The notes below the pieces were generated by a model. It did not search any database, was not told the DNA's origin, and was given only the letters and a program-made list of their open reading frames with translations. This document shows, in pieces, positions 35,860-52,262 of a DNA stretch of 64,000 nt (positions are counted from its first letter, which is position 1; the number at the start of each line of letters is the position of its first letter). The stretch is from Somniosus microcephalus (lineage: Eukaryota): positions 45,880,001 to 45,944,000 of the forward strand of contig CM126225.1 in the NCBI GenBank assembly GCA_052327205.1. Reading direction: 5' to 3'. Both the position numbers and the translations under genes were made by a program.

Positions 35860-36480
35860 CTCGGTGATAGTGAGGTAACCCTGCCATTTTTTAATTATTG
35901 GTGTGGACTGTACTTCGAATATGGTGTACAATTCTGGTCACCGCAAAACGATATTGCAGCTATTGAAAGGATACAGAAGAAAGCAAATAGAATTATTGAG
36001 GGATGGAGGGACTGAATTATGGCATATTCTCACTGGAAAAAGAGAAGGTAGAGGGGATATGATTGCTGTTTTTAGGATTTTAAAGAAACTAGATAATGTC
36101 AACCATGACAAGCTATTTCACCTTATCCAAAACAGTAGAACAAGACACAACCTGCGCTTGAAGGGGGTTAAATTCAAAATAAATCTACGGAAAAAATATT
36201 TCAAGTGGTAAATCTATGGCACAGGTTATAAGCAGTTAGTATTAATTCATTGAAAAGCAAATTAGATAAATTTCTTTCAGAAAATAACATTTTCAGAGGA
36301 ACGACAGACTTTGGACCGATGGTTCCCAAAGCTCTTCACTGGGGTTTTCCTCGCCTCATGTCTGTTGTAGACTAATTGAGAGATTGATTGCTGCGATTAG
36401 TCAACAACTCCATTATCGTTGTATTATGTGACTACGAGGATGGTGCAAGGCAAATTAGATGGACCTCAGTCTTTTTGTTT
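35860..36480 (+). mobile_element. Old CR1 3' fragment
   Basis: EYGVQFWSP, RGDMIAVFRIL, RTRHNLRL. Confidence 0.8.
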
Positions 36481-36794
36481 ATGTTCTGTCAGGAGGGGAG
36501 AAAAGAGGTAACACAGTAAAGCCTTATATTACTTCAGTGACATTGGTTCTCTATTTCCCCGCTTTCCACATATGTAGAAAATATTGAGGTTAGCTTAAGT
36601 TTGGAGAGACTAAGCATAGTGACTACACATTGGGAGACACAGCACACACAAATATAGTGTTCAATATAACTCAGGTGATTGTAAGCGTGTGCCTAGATAT
36701 ACTCACCATCAGCACAAACAAGATCTCCAATCAACCAACTAGCATACAAACCTTAATTTTTTTTTTTTTTTTTTTTTAAAAATCGGTCATATTC

Positions 36795-39700
36795 CAGGGC
36801 AGAGATAATGATTATTTTATTCAAAATGTGAAGTGGTGATGTGACATGATACACTATTCATTCTGTAGTTCCTACGGTCAAACGTACATTTCAAGTCATT
36901 TCAGTGAATCCATGAACAATTTACCAATTGTGAGCTTAATGCCAATTACATATATTCAGTAGTAAATAAACAAAAGTTAAAAAAAGGTCAACACATTGAT
37001 AATTACATTATTTTGCAAAATGATTCTGGTTTGCATCTCTTGGTGCAGAGCGGGCTTACAATCCAGAGACAGACTTGCCCCGTAGGTCAAGGAATGTAGC
37101 CACACACTGCTTGGCTGAGAGCTTTTTTTCTTTTTGCTTGCCATATTTCATTGTGCCAGACTTCCATTTTGGACAGCATCTTCCAAGGAGCCACAAACCT
37201 TTACACACTCAAGAAACTACCTTCTTGCAGTGTTTCACAACTAATTATGCCTTCAGTTAGCAACACTGATAGTTGCTCATCAGCCATCCTAATTTCATGT
37301 CTTACCTATCTGAACTGTGCTTTCTTGACTATAATGTGTGTCTGCGCAGGATTTCAACATTGCCAATTTGCTATGCCATCTATATAACATGCTTCCAAGT
37401 ATCAAGCTTCCAGTTACCCAACAATTCAAGGTGAACTAAATTAAATGCAAGAGAACAAAGTAGGTTGGAAATCAGAAGTAAACTGCTGAATATGCATGGC
37501 ACGTTGATCAACTAGATTGCACCCAAAACGTTAACCTTTCAGAATAGGAGCTGATGTTCTTGAATTATTAACCCAGCTTGCTCTGAACCACATCAAATTT
37601 CTCATCATCACTCAACTCTGCATCTCGATCAAAAGCTGGTTTATGGACCAGCATCAGGTAGTCCTGTTTTTTTGTAAAGAGGAAATGCTATAGTTCTTGA
37701 TGTGGTTTCCAATGAAAATACAAAGTCCTTTAAAAACTGCTATTTGATTAGCATTGGCTTCTATCCAGACTGCCATCATCTCCTGTTCTAATCACTTCCT
37801 CAAAAAGTTTAGCAAGACAGTTTTTGCTGCATGACTATCATGTACGATTGGGACCACAGCCACATATTTAGTGAAAACTAATGCAAGTATTAAGTAGTCA
37901 GCCATATCTTTCTCATACCTAACCCGCAAATTCAACATATCTGAAAAAAATCCTTGCCATCCCTACTACAATTGTTCACTATATTTTTTTCTAATATTGG
38001 TTTGTTATCTTTGGCTGCTTTTCATACTTGTTCCGACTCTCGACAATTGCTTCTTTCACACTTAGTGAGCTTTTTTAAAAAAAGATAAATTTCCCTACGA
38101 ACCTCCCTGTTCAGCCATTTAGGCTTCACTTGGAACACTCCTTTATTATCCTAGGACATGTATCAGCATATATTCAATATAAACTTGTTTTTCTGCACTT
38201 TTTTTTTTTTTTTTTTTAAATCCCCCATCTCCCTTCCATGGCCCATTCAAGCCCCCTCTACCATTTCCTACAATTCAAATCAGAAATCTCAGAACATGAA
38301 AGGATGGTTAGTGTGGATGCAAACAATTCACACTGGGGCAGGGAGACGGTGCATTTATGAGTGTTCAAAAGTAGAATACGCATTATTTTGCATCCAGCCT
38401 TGCTGTAGATGCCCAGAGTTCACACTGTAGGTACTAAGCACCCAAAATGCTCCATTCCTCAGCATTTTGTCAAGTACAAAACTCTTACCCAATTCTCTCA
38501 TCGCACCCCCACCCCCCAAATAAAATTGCAATGCTATGTTAAGGTCAAACAGAGACCCAACTAAAACAATGAAAATTTAGATGTTACTTTAGTTGTGGAA
38601 TTCAAGATCACCATATTACTTTAAACAATATTAGTTAGAATGGACCTTTTTCATTTTGAAAAGTCTGGATTTAACCCACCCCAAAACAGCATTGCAATTT
38701 AAATAACTGAACAAACCACCCTGGCATCAATCAAAACATGCAGGGAAGGGAAGGGGAATGAACCTTTATTGCTAGCAGAAATATTTGCAAACAAGTTCTC
38801 TTCACCCCCCCCTGCTTCAAACACACCCCACAAAAACCGACAGGAATTCAGTATTACACAGGCACCCCAACACGCAGGTATGTAACATGGCCATTTATTC
38901 TAATAGAGATATCTTTAATATAGTGCATTTCAAGACAGGTTTTCAAAGATGGTTAAAAAACAAGCTGATCTTTTCAGATTAGAAATCACATTTGCACACC
39001 TTTTGATGTTGGCCTTCGTGCGTAGAGAAATTTTTTTTTTTTTTTTTTTTTTTTTCAAACAAAGCTTCACATTTCCACCATTGCCTTCAAGTGTAATGTC
39101 TGTCCCAGTAAAATATATTCTTACATTACATAAAATTGTTTTCTTAAACTTGTTAACTAGTGTAAATAGAATCAGATAATTCCCAACTGGCATCTCTCCC
39201 TCCATATTGCTGCAGTTAATAAGATTGCAGTCCGCATCTTAAGGTCAACTTGCAAGAGTGTATTAACTATATTCAGTTTTTGTCTGAAGACACCTGTATT
39301 CAACTGGTCATTAATATACAATGAATTTGAAATGCATGCTACTGGTCTGTAAAGTATAAATAATCTGACTAAACCTCTAAATAATCCAACAGCCTGTTGA
39401 AAAGTTTTCAAATTTCTTTTTTTGGTAGAAATGTCAGACTATTGGGGAAATTTCCTGGAAGACAGGTGTGCAATTTTAAATTCCCACCACCCTAAAGTTT
39501 AACTCCCAATATGTATTAATGAAGATCCAGGGTGCTTTTAAAGCCACTTGCAGGAATAGACAGAGCACTATTTTTGGGGGCTTGGCTCTTGGTGTTTACA
39601 ACAATATTTTTTTTTAGATATTTGTTATTTTATGCATTTTACCCTTCCCCCCGCCCCTGTAGTAAATACATACAAGTGTCGTTCAAAACCTTTACAAAAC

Positions 39701-40438
39701 AGGAATGGGAGCAGCTGCCTCAGTGACCTCTACACATTTTTTTTTTCATTTTTTTTTAATTGCAGGATTTACGTTTCTACAACTCACCTGCACATGGGCA
39801 TAAATAATTTCTCTTTGGGTCCTTTGCAGAGTCAAAAAAAACACAACCAGGACTCCGAACAAGTGAATTATTTCCCTGCAGAATACATTGATTTTCACCT
39901 TTTGCCATCCCCACCAAGTTTTTAGTGCATGCAGTGCAATGCAAGCACAAGTTAAAACCAGCCTGCACCACTCTGGCTCAGAACAAAAAGTTAGATGAGA
40001 TTGCAAAGCAAGGTTTGCAATCCTGCTCTCAATTTCCATAACAAGATTTGCTGATCAGGCACATTCCCCCTACCTCACCCACCCCCCCAACCACTGGCCA
40101 CCCCCTGCACCTCGTTATAAAAGGGGCCATAAAAAAGCATTTCTTGGTCCTAATTTTTGGACAGCTAGCGATTACATAATGTAAATTGATTTTTTTTTAA
40201 GCCTGCAAGTGTTGCTGGCAACTATTTCAAAACTAGAGCCATTCATTTGTATTAGTAAAATACTTCCATAGTTCTCCATAATACCAGTTCAGATAAGTAG
40301 TGTCCCTAACCCTTCTCTGTATTATAAAAAGGCACAAGGTGAGGAAACTGCTCCCACTCAACACCAAACTCTCGGACACACACACAGGCACACAGCAGCA
40401 GCACAGCTTCATGTGGAGGCATTCGGGAAGTGGATGGA
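36795..40438 (-). other. Probable long 3' UTR of the ARF gene
   Basis: No recognisable TE, AT-rich, follows the stop codon; AATAAA at 38770-38765 and 36821-36816. Confidence 0.6.
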
Positions 40439-40600
40439 TCACTTCCGTTTTTGAAGTTGACCAGACAGCCAATCGAGACCTTCATAGAGGCCACTGCCAG
40501 CGGTAGCACATGTTGCTTGGATGTACCAAGTTCTGCTGTAGTTTTGATGTAGGCCCAGTTTATCTGTGATTTCTGCAGCAATCATTGCATTTGGCAAATC
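40439..40600 (-). CDS. ARF1-like: ADP-ribosylation factor (class I), last coding exon
   Basis: ttacag| [53 protein letters not shown]; 162 nt as in ARF1/3. Confidence 0.97.
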   Translation of the reverse strand, partial: DLPNAMIAAEITDKLGLHQNYSRTWYIQATCATAGSGLYEGLDWLSGQLQKRK

Positions 40601-41265
40601 CTGTAAGGAGAAAAAATAATTTTGAATGAAACAGGATCGGGATTGCTTTCTAGTACAACAGCAAGATGATTATTTACTTTGTCTGAATTCAAATCACCTC
40701 AAGATGGTCCAATAGCACACGGCTCTAGTGTCTGATTTTCTGCACTCATCTCGTAGCCTCTCCTCCACCTCTCTCTGGGGCAGAGTCCCACAAGTACTGG
40801 GGGGCCTTTTGGTATCTCTTCCAAGTGCCCGTACTTCCTGTGAGCCTCGCCAGCAGCTGTCAGACTACATAACCACTGAGGGCATCACAAGTGAGCTTGT
40901 TCCCGTCAGTCACGTGTGCAATTTACAGGAGTCACTGGATAGTTATCAAGAGTGGGAACCGTGGCCAGTTTATTCTCCTGACTCCCACCTCCCCCAAAGC
41001 CAGGAAAGCAGAGGCCAATTGTGGAACCCCCCAAATGCTGTCTGGCTGAGATCAACTAGCTAAGCAGACTGGGAACCAGAACTGGGACCTTGTGGCAAAG
41101 ATGAAAGTGAAACACTATTGTCTTTACCTGCTAGTTCTACTGCTCAGTTAGCTTTTCGAACAGTACTTCGTGAGTTAAGCAGTTCAGTATGCTGATTCCA
41201 AGACAAATGAAATATAAAAAAAGTCTTCTGTAGTCCACAGTTCAGTTAGGATTAGGGTTACTGAA

Positions 41266-41482
41266 TATCCTGGCCAATATTTATCCCTCAACCAACACAA
41301 CAAAAACAGATTATCTGGTCATTATCACATTGCGGTTTGTGGGACCTTGCTGTGTGCAAATTGGCTGCCGCATTTCCCACATTACAACAGTGACTCCACT
41401 TGAAAAGTACTTCATTGGTTGAAAGGTGCTTTGAGACGACCAGTGGTCGTGAAAGGCGCTATATAAATGCAAGTCGTCTTCT
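41266..41482 (+). mobile_element. SacSINE1-type SINE 3' half
   Basis: tcctggccaatatttatccc...ggcgctatataaatgcaag. Confidence 0.88.
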
Positions 41483-42007
41483 TTTAGGAGTAAGGCAAAG
41501 AGGGGGGGGGGGGGGGGGGGGGGGGAGGAGGAAAAGAGATGAGGTGGGTAACAAAAGTCAGGCTAATTTTAACCCATTCTGAAAATAAACGAGTCTAGAA
41601 ATGCAACTCCTGGTAATTGCAGCAATATTTATACAGCCTTGATATGGACAAGGAATTCCAATCAATCCACATCAAGACAAAAGCAAGAGTTTCAGCCTAT
41701 ATTTTCCATCTACATATAAAGCATCATTAATGCACAATCAGCAATCACCCTCAATACAATGGGTCAAAGTAAATTGTATATATTTTTAACGGCATCGAGA
41801 GAAAAACCACAGATGAGAAAAGGCCGTTCAGTCCAATGAACATTTTATGGCCTATTTTTCCCTAGCTCAATTTTTTTCTTCTCCCCTCCCAAAGCTTACA
41901 ATTATGGGCAGGCACAGTTCCACACATGCCGACAACCCTCAAATAGCCTAAGTGGTCACACTTTGCACGCAAACCTAGTCAGCAAATATAGACAAGCCAT
42001 TCTATTG

Positions 42008-43510
42008 AGCGTCAGCTGTGGCTCAGTTGGCAGAACTCTTGCCTGAGTCAGCAGGTTGTGGGTTCAAGTCCCACTAGAGACTTGGGGCACATAATCTAGG
42101 AAGACACTTCTGCAGTACTATTGGAGTGTTACACCGTGGGAGTCACCATCTTTAGGATGATAGGTTAACCTGAGGCCCTGTCTCCCCCCTCAGGTGGATG
42201 TAAAAGATTCCACAGCACTATTCGAAAAACTGCAGGGGAGTTCTTTCCAGTTTCCTGGCCAATATTTATCCCTCAACCAATATCACTATAACATTCCTTT
42301 TTCCTCAACCGAGGATTCCCCTCTACTGTGGTTGACACGGCCCTCGACCATGTCCATTCTATCTCCCGCACTTCAGCCCTCACCCCTGCCCCTCCCGGAA
42401 CCACGATAGGGTTCCCCTTGTCCTCACCTTTCACCCCACCAGCCTCCACATTCAACGGATCATCCTCCGCCATTTCCGCAACCTCCAGAGTGATCCCACC
42501 ACCAAACGTATCTTCCCCTCACCTCCCCTTTCAGCATTCCGTAGGGACCGCTCCCTCCGAGACACCCTAGTCCACTCCTCTACCACCCCCAGCACCCCTT
42601 CACCTTCCCGTGCTAGCGCAGGAGATGCAACACATGCCCTTATACCCAACCCCTTCCCACTGTCCAGGGCCCCAAACACCCCTTCCAGGTGAAACAGCGA
42701 TTTACTTTTACTTCTTGCGATTTAGTATACTGTATTCGCTGCTCAAAATGTGGTCTCCTCTACACTGGGGAGACCAAACGCAGATTGGGTGATCGCTTTG
42801 CGGAACACCTCCGTTCAGTCTGTAAGGGGGACCCCGAGCTCACCGCCCCATTCCCACTCAGACCTCACCGTCCTCGGCCTCTTCCATTGTTCCACGGAAG
42901 CTCAGTGTAAGCTCGAGGAACAGCACCTCATCTTTCAATTAGGCACTCTACAGCCCTCTGGATTCAACAGAGTTCAACAATTTCAGATCATAACTGCGGC
43001 CCATCACATATATATTTTGTTCCTTTTTTTTTTTTTAATCCAGTTTTTTCTTCCCTCCCTTCAGCTGTCCTTCATTCTACCAGCGCAATTCACACCCCAT
43101 TTGAGCCATACTTTGTTCCTTAACCTGTCCCATTACCACCTCCTCTTGCCTTGAATATCTCAATGTGCCTCAATGTCTCCCAATCTCTCCTGCTTTCTAT
43201 CCTATCACTGACCTTCCCTTTTGTTCTTTCATCCCCTCCCTTTTCCCAGCCCCTAAACCTGCTTTCCATTTCCGACAAAAGGTCATTGAACTGAAACGTT
43301 AACTGTTTCTCTCTCCACCGATGCTGCCTGGCCTGAGTTTTTCCAGCGTTTCCTGTTATTTCCACTAACATTATCTGGGACCTTGCTGTGCGCAAATTGG
43401 CTGCCGTGTTTCCTATAACGTTAAATACACTTCAAAAATACTTCATTGTTTGTAAAGTGCTTAGAGTCATCCTGAAGTCATGAAAAGGTGCTATATAAAT
43501 GTCTCTTTTC
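42008..43510 (+). mobile_element. SacSINE1-type SINE split by a Penelope insertion (42008-42295 and 43366-43510)
   Basis: Head and core to the left, tail to the right. Confidence 0.8.
42296..43365 (+). mobile_element. Penelope-like element 3' fragment (GIY-YIG endonuclease)
   Basis: LVYCIRCSKCGLLYTGETKRRLGDRFAEHLRSV; flanking duplication taacatt at 42289-42295 and 43366-43372. Confidence 0.92.
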
Positions 43511-43871
43511 TTTAAGAGACATTATAGTCAAGTCCAATCTTGTTCTGCCAAACATACACTTTCTAGCAGGGATCATGGACAACAATCAAATGGGAAACCT
43601 GGATTTCTTTCCTCTTTTCGTAGTTCAAGGGCAATGAAGCCAAATATCAAGCCCATTTGTTCAGCCGAGCCTACCATTTAACTGTCAACTTAGATTGTGC
43701 AAATCAAACTGTTTACAAAAGCATAATGGTATGGGCCGTTAGTAAAACAGTCAAATTGAATAGCTATGGTGGAAGAGTTTAACTGAGTGAAAGCTCTGGC
43801 ACAGGCTCGATGGGCCGAATGGCCTCCTTCTGTGCTGTAAGCATTCTATGATTCTATGTGCCTCGACTTAC

Positions 43872-43996
43872 CTGCTTATTTGCAAAGACTAATAACACAG
43901 CGTCTCTCAGCTCGTCTTCCGTTAACATCCGATTCAATTCTTCCCTTGCTTCGTTGATGCGCTCTCGGTCATTGCTGTCGACCACGAATATTAAGC
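43872..43996 (-). CDS. ARF1-like: ADP-ribosylation factor, coding exon 3
   Basis: aag|[42 protein letters not shown]|gtaagt; 125 nt. Confidence 0.97.
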
Positions 43997-44134
43997 CTTT
44001 AAGAAAACATGTTGATATTTCATAATGCATCAACTGTGTACCCAATGACAGGAACAGTAAACCTTTGACTTCAGGGTCAGTTATAAATCACTCAGAGCAC
44101 ATGCATTTATTAGATAAATATTTGAAAAATAAGA

Positions 44135-44620
44135 GGCGTGAAATAGGTTGTCAGCAGTAGCACTGAACAGGATATAGCACTTTACACCCCACTCGATTTT
44201 CATTTCCATAGACGTCAATGTAAAAGAATATCAGGTAGGGTGTAAAACAGGCTGCCGATTTGCTATCGCCCATTTTGTGCTACCGCTGAATACCAATTTC
44301 ACCCAAGAATTTTAAAGGCAGCATTCAGAAAGGGACAAAATGGATAGCTCTTTCAGAGACCAGCACAAGTGTGATGGTCAAATGGCCCTCTTCTGCATTA
44401 TGATTCTATATGACTGTACCTTCTGCGTTAAAACATTAAGTACAGTCACAAAATGTGTGCAACTCTCAGCACCAGTGAAATATAATGTTTAACCTAACCT
44501 GCCTGGCGGGATTGGGGTGGGATTGAGTCAGACGCCTGCTTTAGACCCTGCCCGATTTTACTTTCAATTGGCTTCAATGTAGAGTAAAATCAGACAGGGT
44601 GCAAAATGAACTAGGACTCA
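44135..44620. mobile_element. Two small palindromic MITE-like elements with a CR1 tail fragment between them
   Basis: gtgaaatagg...aatttcaccc; internal inverted repeats around gggtgtaaaa. Confidence 0.5.
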
Positions 44621-44827
44621 AACCAAGCATGGGACTGTCCTCACAAAATAGTACCTCAAGAAACAACAGAGCTTAGGTTACTCCACAATATGCAATACCC
44701 AATTTTAGCTGAAAAGGAGACAGCTGGAGCTGCCCGAAGGTTATCTAATTTAAAAGCAGCAGTGCCAATTGAAGATACAAACTTAGCTGCATCATACAAT
44801 TGACCCAACTCAAAATGGAGATAATTT

Positions 44828-44995
44828 TGACAATCCTCTTCTGTAAAGGCGTCAGCCTAGGCTCAGTGGTAGCACTTCACCCAAGTCAGAAGGTTGTGGG
44901 TTCAGCCCCATTCCAGAGGCTTGAGCTCAGACTCACTGCAAGAGGTGCCATTTTTCAGATTAAGACATTATACTCAGGTGGACATAAAAGATCTC
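44828..44995 (+). mobile_element. SacSINE1-type SINE 5' fragment
   Basis: ggctcagtggtagcac..gtcagaaggttgtgggttca. Confidence 0.75.
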
Positions 44996-45188
44996 ACCTC
45001 ACCTTATTTTCTTTGCACATGGAATGCTGCACTATAGGACTGTGTGCCTAAGGGTCTGGACTAGTATATGGCTGTTGAAATGGAGTAAATGACAACCCTC
45101 AAGCATAACTTCCTGGTTGGGAAATATGTTCTATAAATACCAATACAAAAGAGCACCTTGAATAGCAAAGAACTTAACTTTATTCCTA

Positions 45189-47820
<2,632 letters not shown>

Positions 47821-48349
47821 ACACTCAGAGTTAAACGTTTAATTGTCTTTAGCTTTGAAAACAGCTAAAGTAGGATGCAGACCATCTTAGCTATGCTGTT
47901 GGGAGAGGAACCAAGTAGACAGAATGACAAATTAGAGAGTCACCAAGGATCATAGTGTGTGCGATTTTAAACAAAGTATTTCAAGTTCAGAGGAACCATC
48001 ATGTTCACTGACATTACAAAGCATTCGTTTCACTTAGTAGCTGGCCAAGAACTGCAAACTAATTTTGACTATACAAGCATAGTCAAATGACAAGACAAAC
48101 AAGCATTTGGTTTCGATACCAGCAACTGCCTCCAAGCTGTACCAACATAGAATTAAGCTCTTGAAGCACCAATTCTACATTTTCTGGACACAGAGCAAGT
48201 TTGAGAGCATATTTTGTCAAGAGCCCAGTTTGAAATCGTTTAACTTCAACAGTATTTGGTTTATGAAAATTTAATTTGTACAATTTTTTACCCCAAAAAA
48301 CATTATTCTCATCATACTCCTGTTCAAACTGCATGAGAAACTGATCCGA

Positions 48350-48599
48350 GAAAGATACTGAAATTTGGTGGAATCTTCGATTTTAGCTACTAACCCAAGG
48401 TTATTGGTACAGGCAACTAGGGGGTTAGGAGATTGGGTTTGAGGCTCGGGGTCAGGGGGAAGAGAGGGTGACAGAGGACTGGGACTTGGATGAGAAAAGG
48501 CAAATAGGGGCTAAGGGGGTCAGGGACTGGGAAACAGGGGTCAGGGATAGGGCCATGGGAGACAAGGGAATGGGGATTGGGTGGGAAGAGGGAAACTGT

Positions 48600-48630
<31 letters not shown>

Positions 48631-49405
48631 CGGGTGTCAGGAGGATTGGGGCTTCGGCCATGGGGAGAGAGAACTGGGGAATAGGGTTGGATGGGGGCAG
48701 GGCCCAACAATTCCTGCAGAGCTGGGAGCAGCAGCAATACGGTGAGTAGGAGTGCTACCGAGAGAGCAGCCAGTAAAGGGGTGAGTGAAACCTGGGGACC
48801 TGACTGGGGGTAAATAGCAAAGATTGTTTCCACTGGTGGGTGAGTGGGGAACAAGGGCTCGAAGACGGAGGATTCTCACTGCGTGCGAGGAGTTGCATAT
48901 CCTGATGTTACATCGTAAGCTCCAATACATGGAGAAGCAAGATGCAGGAGGGCCGAGTACGAGCCGGCAGCAGTCCACAGTAGCGCTGTGGAGCTGGGAG
49001 AATCATTCCTGCTCCTCCACGCTCCAGTGAGGAAGCAAAAACACTTTCCCTAGCACCTCTTCAGCGACATCCAGCAGTCTCTATAAGGACCACTGTAGAA
49101 CTGGCAAAACTAGTTGGAAATTGCATGGTGTATGCTCCACCTAGTTTTTACACATTTTGCAGAAGGGCACTGCACCTTCTTTGCATTTTAAAATTGACCG
49201 AACGCTGTTTCAGACAGCTGTCCCCAGGTACGCCCAAAAAGAGTGAGCACCAATATGGTGGGAGCCATGTCACTGGTGCAAATTAGGAGCAGGACCTCCT
49301 GTCCAGAAATTGGTATTGAGTGTGTCTGTTTTACACCCAAAAAACAGGCAAAATTCATACCAATTTCTACCCGGTGTCCAAATAACTTTTGCTGAATATG
49401 GCCCA
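48350..49405. mobile_element. Probable non-autonomous DNA element with a G-rich interior and poly-G at 48600-48630
   Basis: gggtagaaattgg-type end near 49370, similar in style to other Harbinger-like MITE ends here; boundaries uncertain. Confidence 0.4.
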
Positions 49406-49582
49406 TGCCAAGTGCTAGGGTATCAGATCAGGCCCACCACATAAATGGAGTTCGACACCCCTTCACATCGATAAGTTAGATTCTCCATTTTGTGTGTTTA
49501 TTTCCTTAGCATCAGACAGGACTTGCATTACCCTCCACAAAACATCTCTTGCCTCAGGAGTTGTTACAAGCTTTATTATTCA

Positions 49583-49765
<183 letters not shown>

Positions 49766-50421
49766 CTAATCCTTCCTAAAAAAAAAAGAAAAAGCAGCTT
49801 AATTTTGTACTACAATAAAGGAGAGTATTTCATTCCCTCGAAGGTGCGTGGCCTGCTCCACCAAGATGCACCCAACCGTGCCTCATCCTCGAAGACATTT
49901 GCCGTTTTGGTTAGCATACACCAATGTTAGTGACATTATAACAATAGATAAATACACAGCAGGACCAATTTGTTTCTAATTTTTCAATAAATGGGGAGGG
50001 TATCAAAAGTACTATTTATTTGGAGATAAAATTGCATGAACAAAATCGACATGTCCAAAATCTTTATTGGTTGTCATTGCCACTAGTCAGCATTAAAATA
50101 CTTGGATTTGCAGGTGAATACAGTAAAGGATCCTGTGAACACAAATCGTCAAACACTAGGTATTATAGTCAACCTTTAATGTAGAAAATTGTACTGTTGG
50201 ATGCATAACCTAAATGCTGCCACAAACCCTGCCATTTACACAAATATGCTGTCAACTGCAATAATTGACCATTACACAAATCTGGAGCAGCTTAGCTGGT
50301 CCGAAACACTTAGACTTATTGGCAAGTTTAACAATAAGCAGATAAGACTAGTATGCTGAATAAAATGCCATATACATTAGTACAGAGGACATCTAGCTAT
50401 ATAGCACTCTGATTTCTACTA

Positions 50422-50748
50422 CAGGTTGAACCCCGGTAATCCGGCACCCAACGGTCCAGCAACTTCAGTGGTCCGGCACGAAGAAAGTCCTGCTGTCACA
50501 TTCGCTCCCTGGGATGGGGCCGGCTCGGGTCCTGGGACCGCCGCATCAGGATCAGCGCCTGGACCACGCAGCATCACCAACGGCTCGGTGGAGCCCGAGC
50601 AGCGGCACAGGGAGGGCAGCAGCAGGAAGAGGAGGAGCAGGTGGTGGCGGTGTTTGCGGTGACTTTCGACACTTTCAGTGGTTCGGAATTTTCAATGGTC
50701 TGGCACCGGCCTGGTCCCGAGAGTGCCGGATTACCGGGGTCCAGCCTG
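50422..50748. mobile_element. Tc1/mariner (Tigger-like) MITE
   Basis: 26-bp imperfect TIRs caggttgaaccccggtaatccggcac; TA duplication on both sides. Confidence 0.88.
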
Positions 50749-50849
50749 TACATGTAGTTTTATTGTAAAAATGCTCATCTTGTTTCTAATCTCACTTGAG
50801 GTATTCACAGCAAAATAATATTCTCATGCATTTACTAGTGCCAGATTAC

Positions 50850-51550
50850 AGGTCAGCATTTCAAAGTTTGCAGATGACACGAAACTCGGAAATGTAGTAA
50901 ACAATGAGGGGGATAGCAACAGGCTTCAGGAGGACGTAGACTGGTGAAATGGGCAGACAAATGGCAGATAACATTTAACGCCGAGAAGTGTGAAATGATT
51001 CATTTTGGTTGGAAGAATGAGTAGAGGCAATTTGAAAGGGGTTTCAGGAAGAGAGAGACCTGGGGGTGTGTGTACACAAGTCTTTGAAGGTGGCAGGACA
51101 AGTTGAGATGGCTGTTAAAAAAAGGTATAGAGCAAACTTGGTTTTATAAATAGAGGCAGAAAGTACAAAAGGAAGCGATGCTAAATGTTTATAAAACACT
51201 GGGTAGGCCCCAGCTGGAGTATCATGGCCAATTCTGGGCACCACACTTTAGGAAGGACGTCAAGGCCTCAGAGAGGGTGAAGGAGAGATTTACTGCAATG
51301 GCATCAGAGATGAAAGACTTTAGTTACATGGAGACTAAAGAAACTGGGATTGCTCTCTTCGGAGCAGAGAAGGAGATTTGATAGAGGCGTGTAAAATCAT
51401 GAAGGGTTTTGATAGAGTAAATAAGGAGAAACTGTTTCCAGTGGCAGAAGGGTTGGTAACCAGAGGACACAGATGTAAGGTAACTGGCAAAAGTATCAGA
51501 GGCAAAAGGAGGAAACTTTTTTTTTTTTTTAAATAAACGCAGCAAGTTCT
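50850..51550 (+). mobile_element. CR1 fragment
   Basis: SKFADDTKL, QFWAPHFRKDV. Confidence 0.9.
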
Positions 51551-52262
51551 TATGTGCTATTATCCTGACTATCCCTTAATGGCCCTATTCCCATTCCAAC
51601 CTTCCTTTTTTTTTTAAATTGATGTGCCTTTAAAATATTTTACTATTTTGTTTTATGTTCCTTGATGATAACTTAATTTCATAGTTCCTCTTTGCCTCCC
51701 TAATTGATTTTTTGACTTCTCTCCTAATCTTTTCGTATTCTCTCTCATCATGCACTCCCCTGCTGTCTATGTACTTAATGTATGCCTCTTTCCTTACCCT
51801 CAATTGTTCCCATATGGCTTTTTTCACCCATGGAATCTCATTATTGTTTAGTTTGTTCTTTCCTTTTAACAGAATATATTTTTCCTGCACTCTGTTGAAC
51901 ACTGTTTTAAATGTTTCCCATTGCTGCTCTGCATTGTTGTTTTCCAATATTGTTGCCCTATTTCCACCCCAAGTTCAATTCTCAGCCTCTCAAAATCAAC
52001 TTTTCTCCAATCTAGTAACCGGGTTTTCGTCATACTAATGCCCTTCTCAATTATCATCTTAAAGCATATTATATTATAGTCACTACTGTCTATATGTTCA
52101 CCTACCTTTACTTCTCTGCTCTGGTTCATTCCCCATTACTAGATCCAATAGCAAATCCTCCCTTACACAATAGCAAAAGGCTTTTTACATATTGAATTAG
52201 AAAGTAGTCCTGTACACATTGTAGGAACTGCATTCCCTTATCCCCTCTTCTGTCCAATTAAT

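Noticed and set aside
36757-36777. Poly(T) as evidence that ARF is a retrocopy
   Set aside because: The gene has four introns at canonical class I positions.
40525-40550. Compensated frameshift explaining HQNYSRTW
   Set aside because: Exon length is the canonical 162 nt and SRTW occurs in ARF5; substitutions are sufficient.
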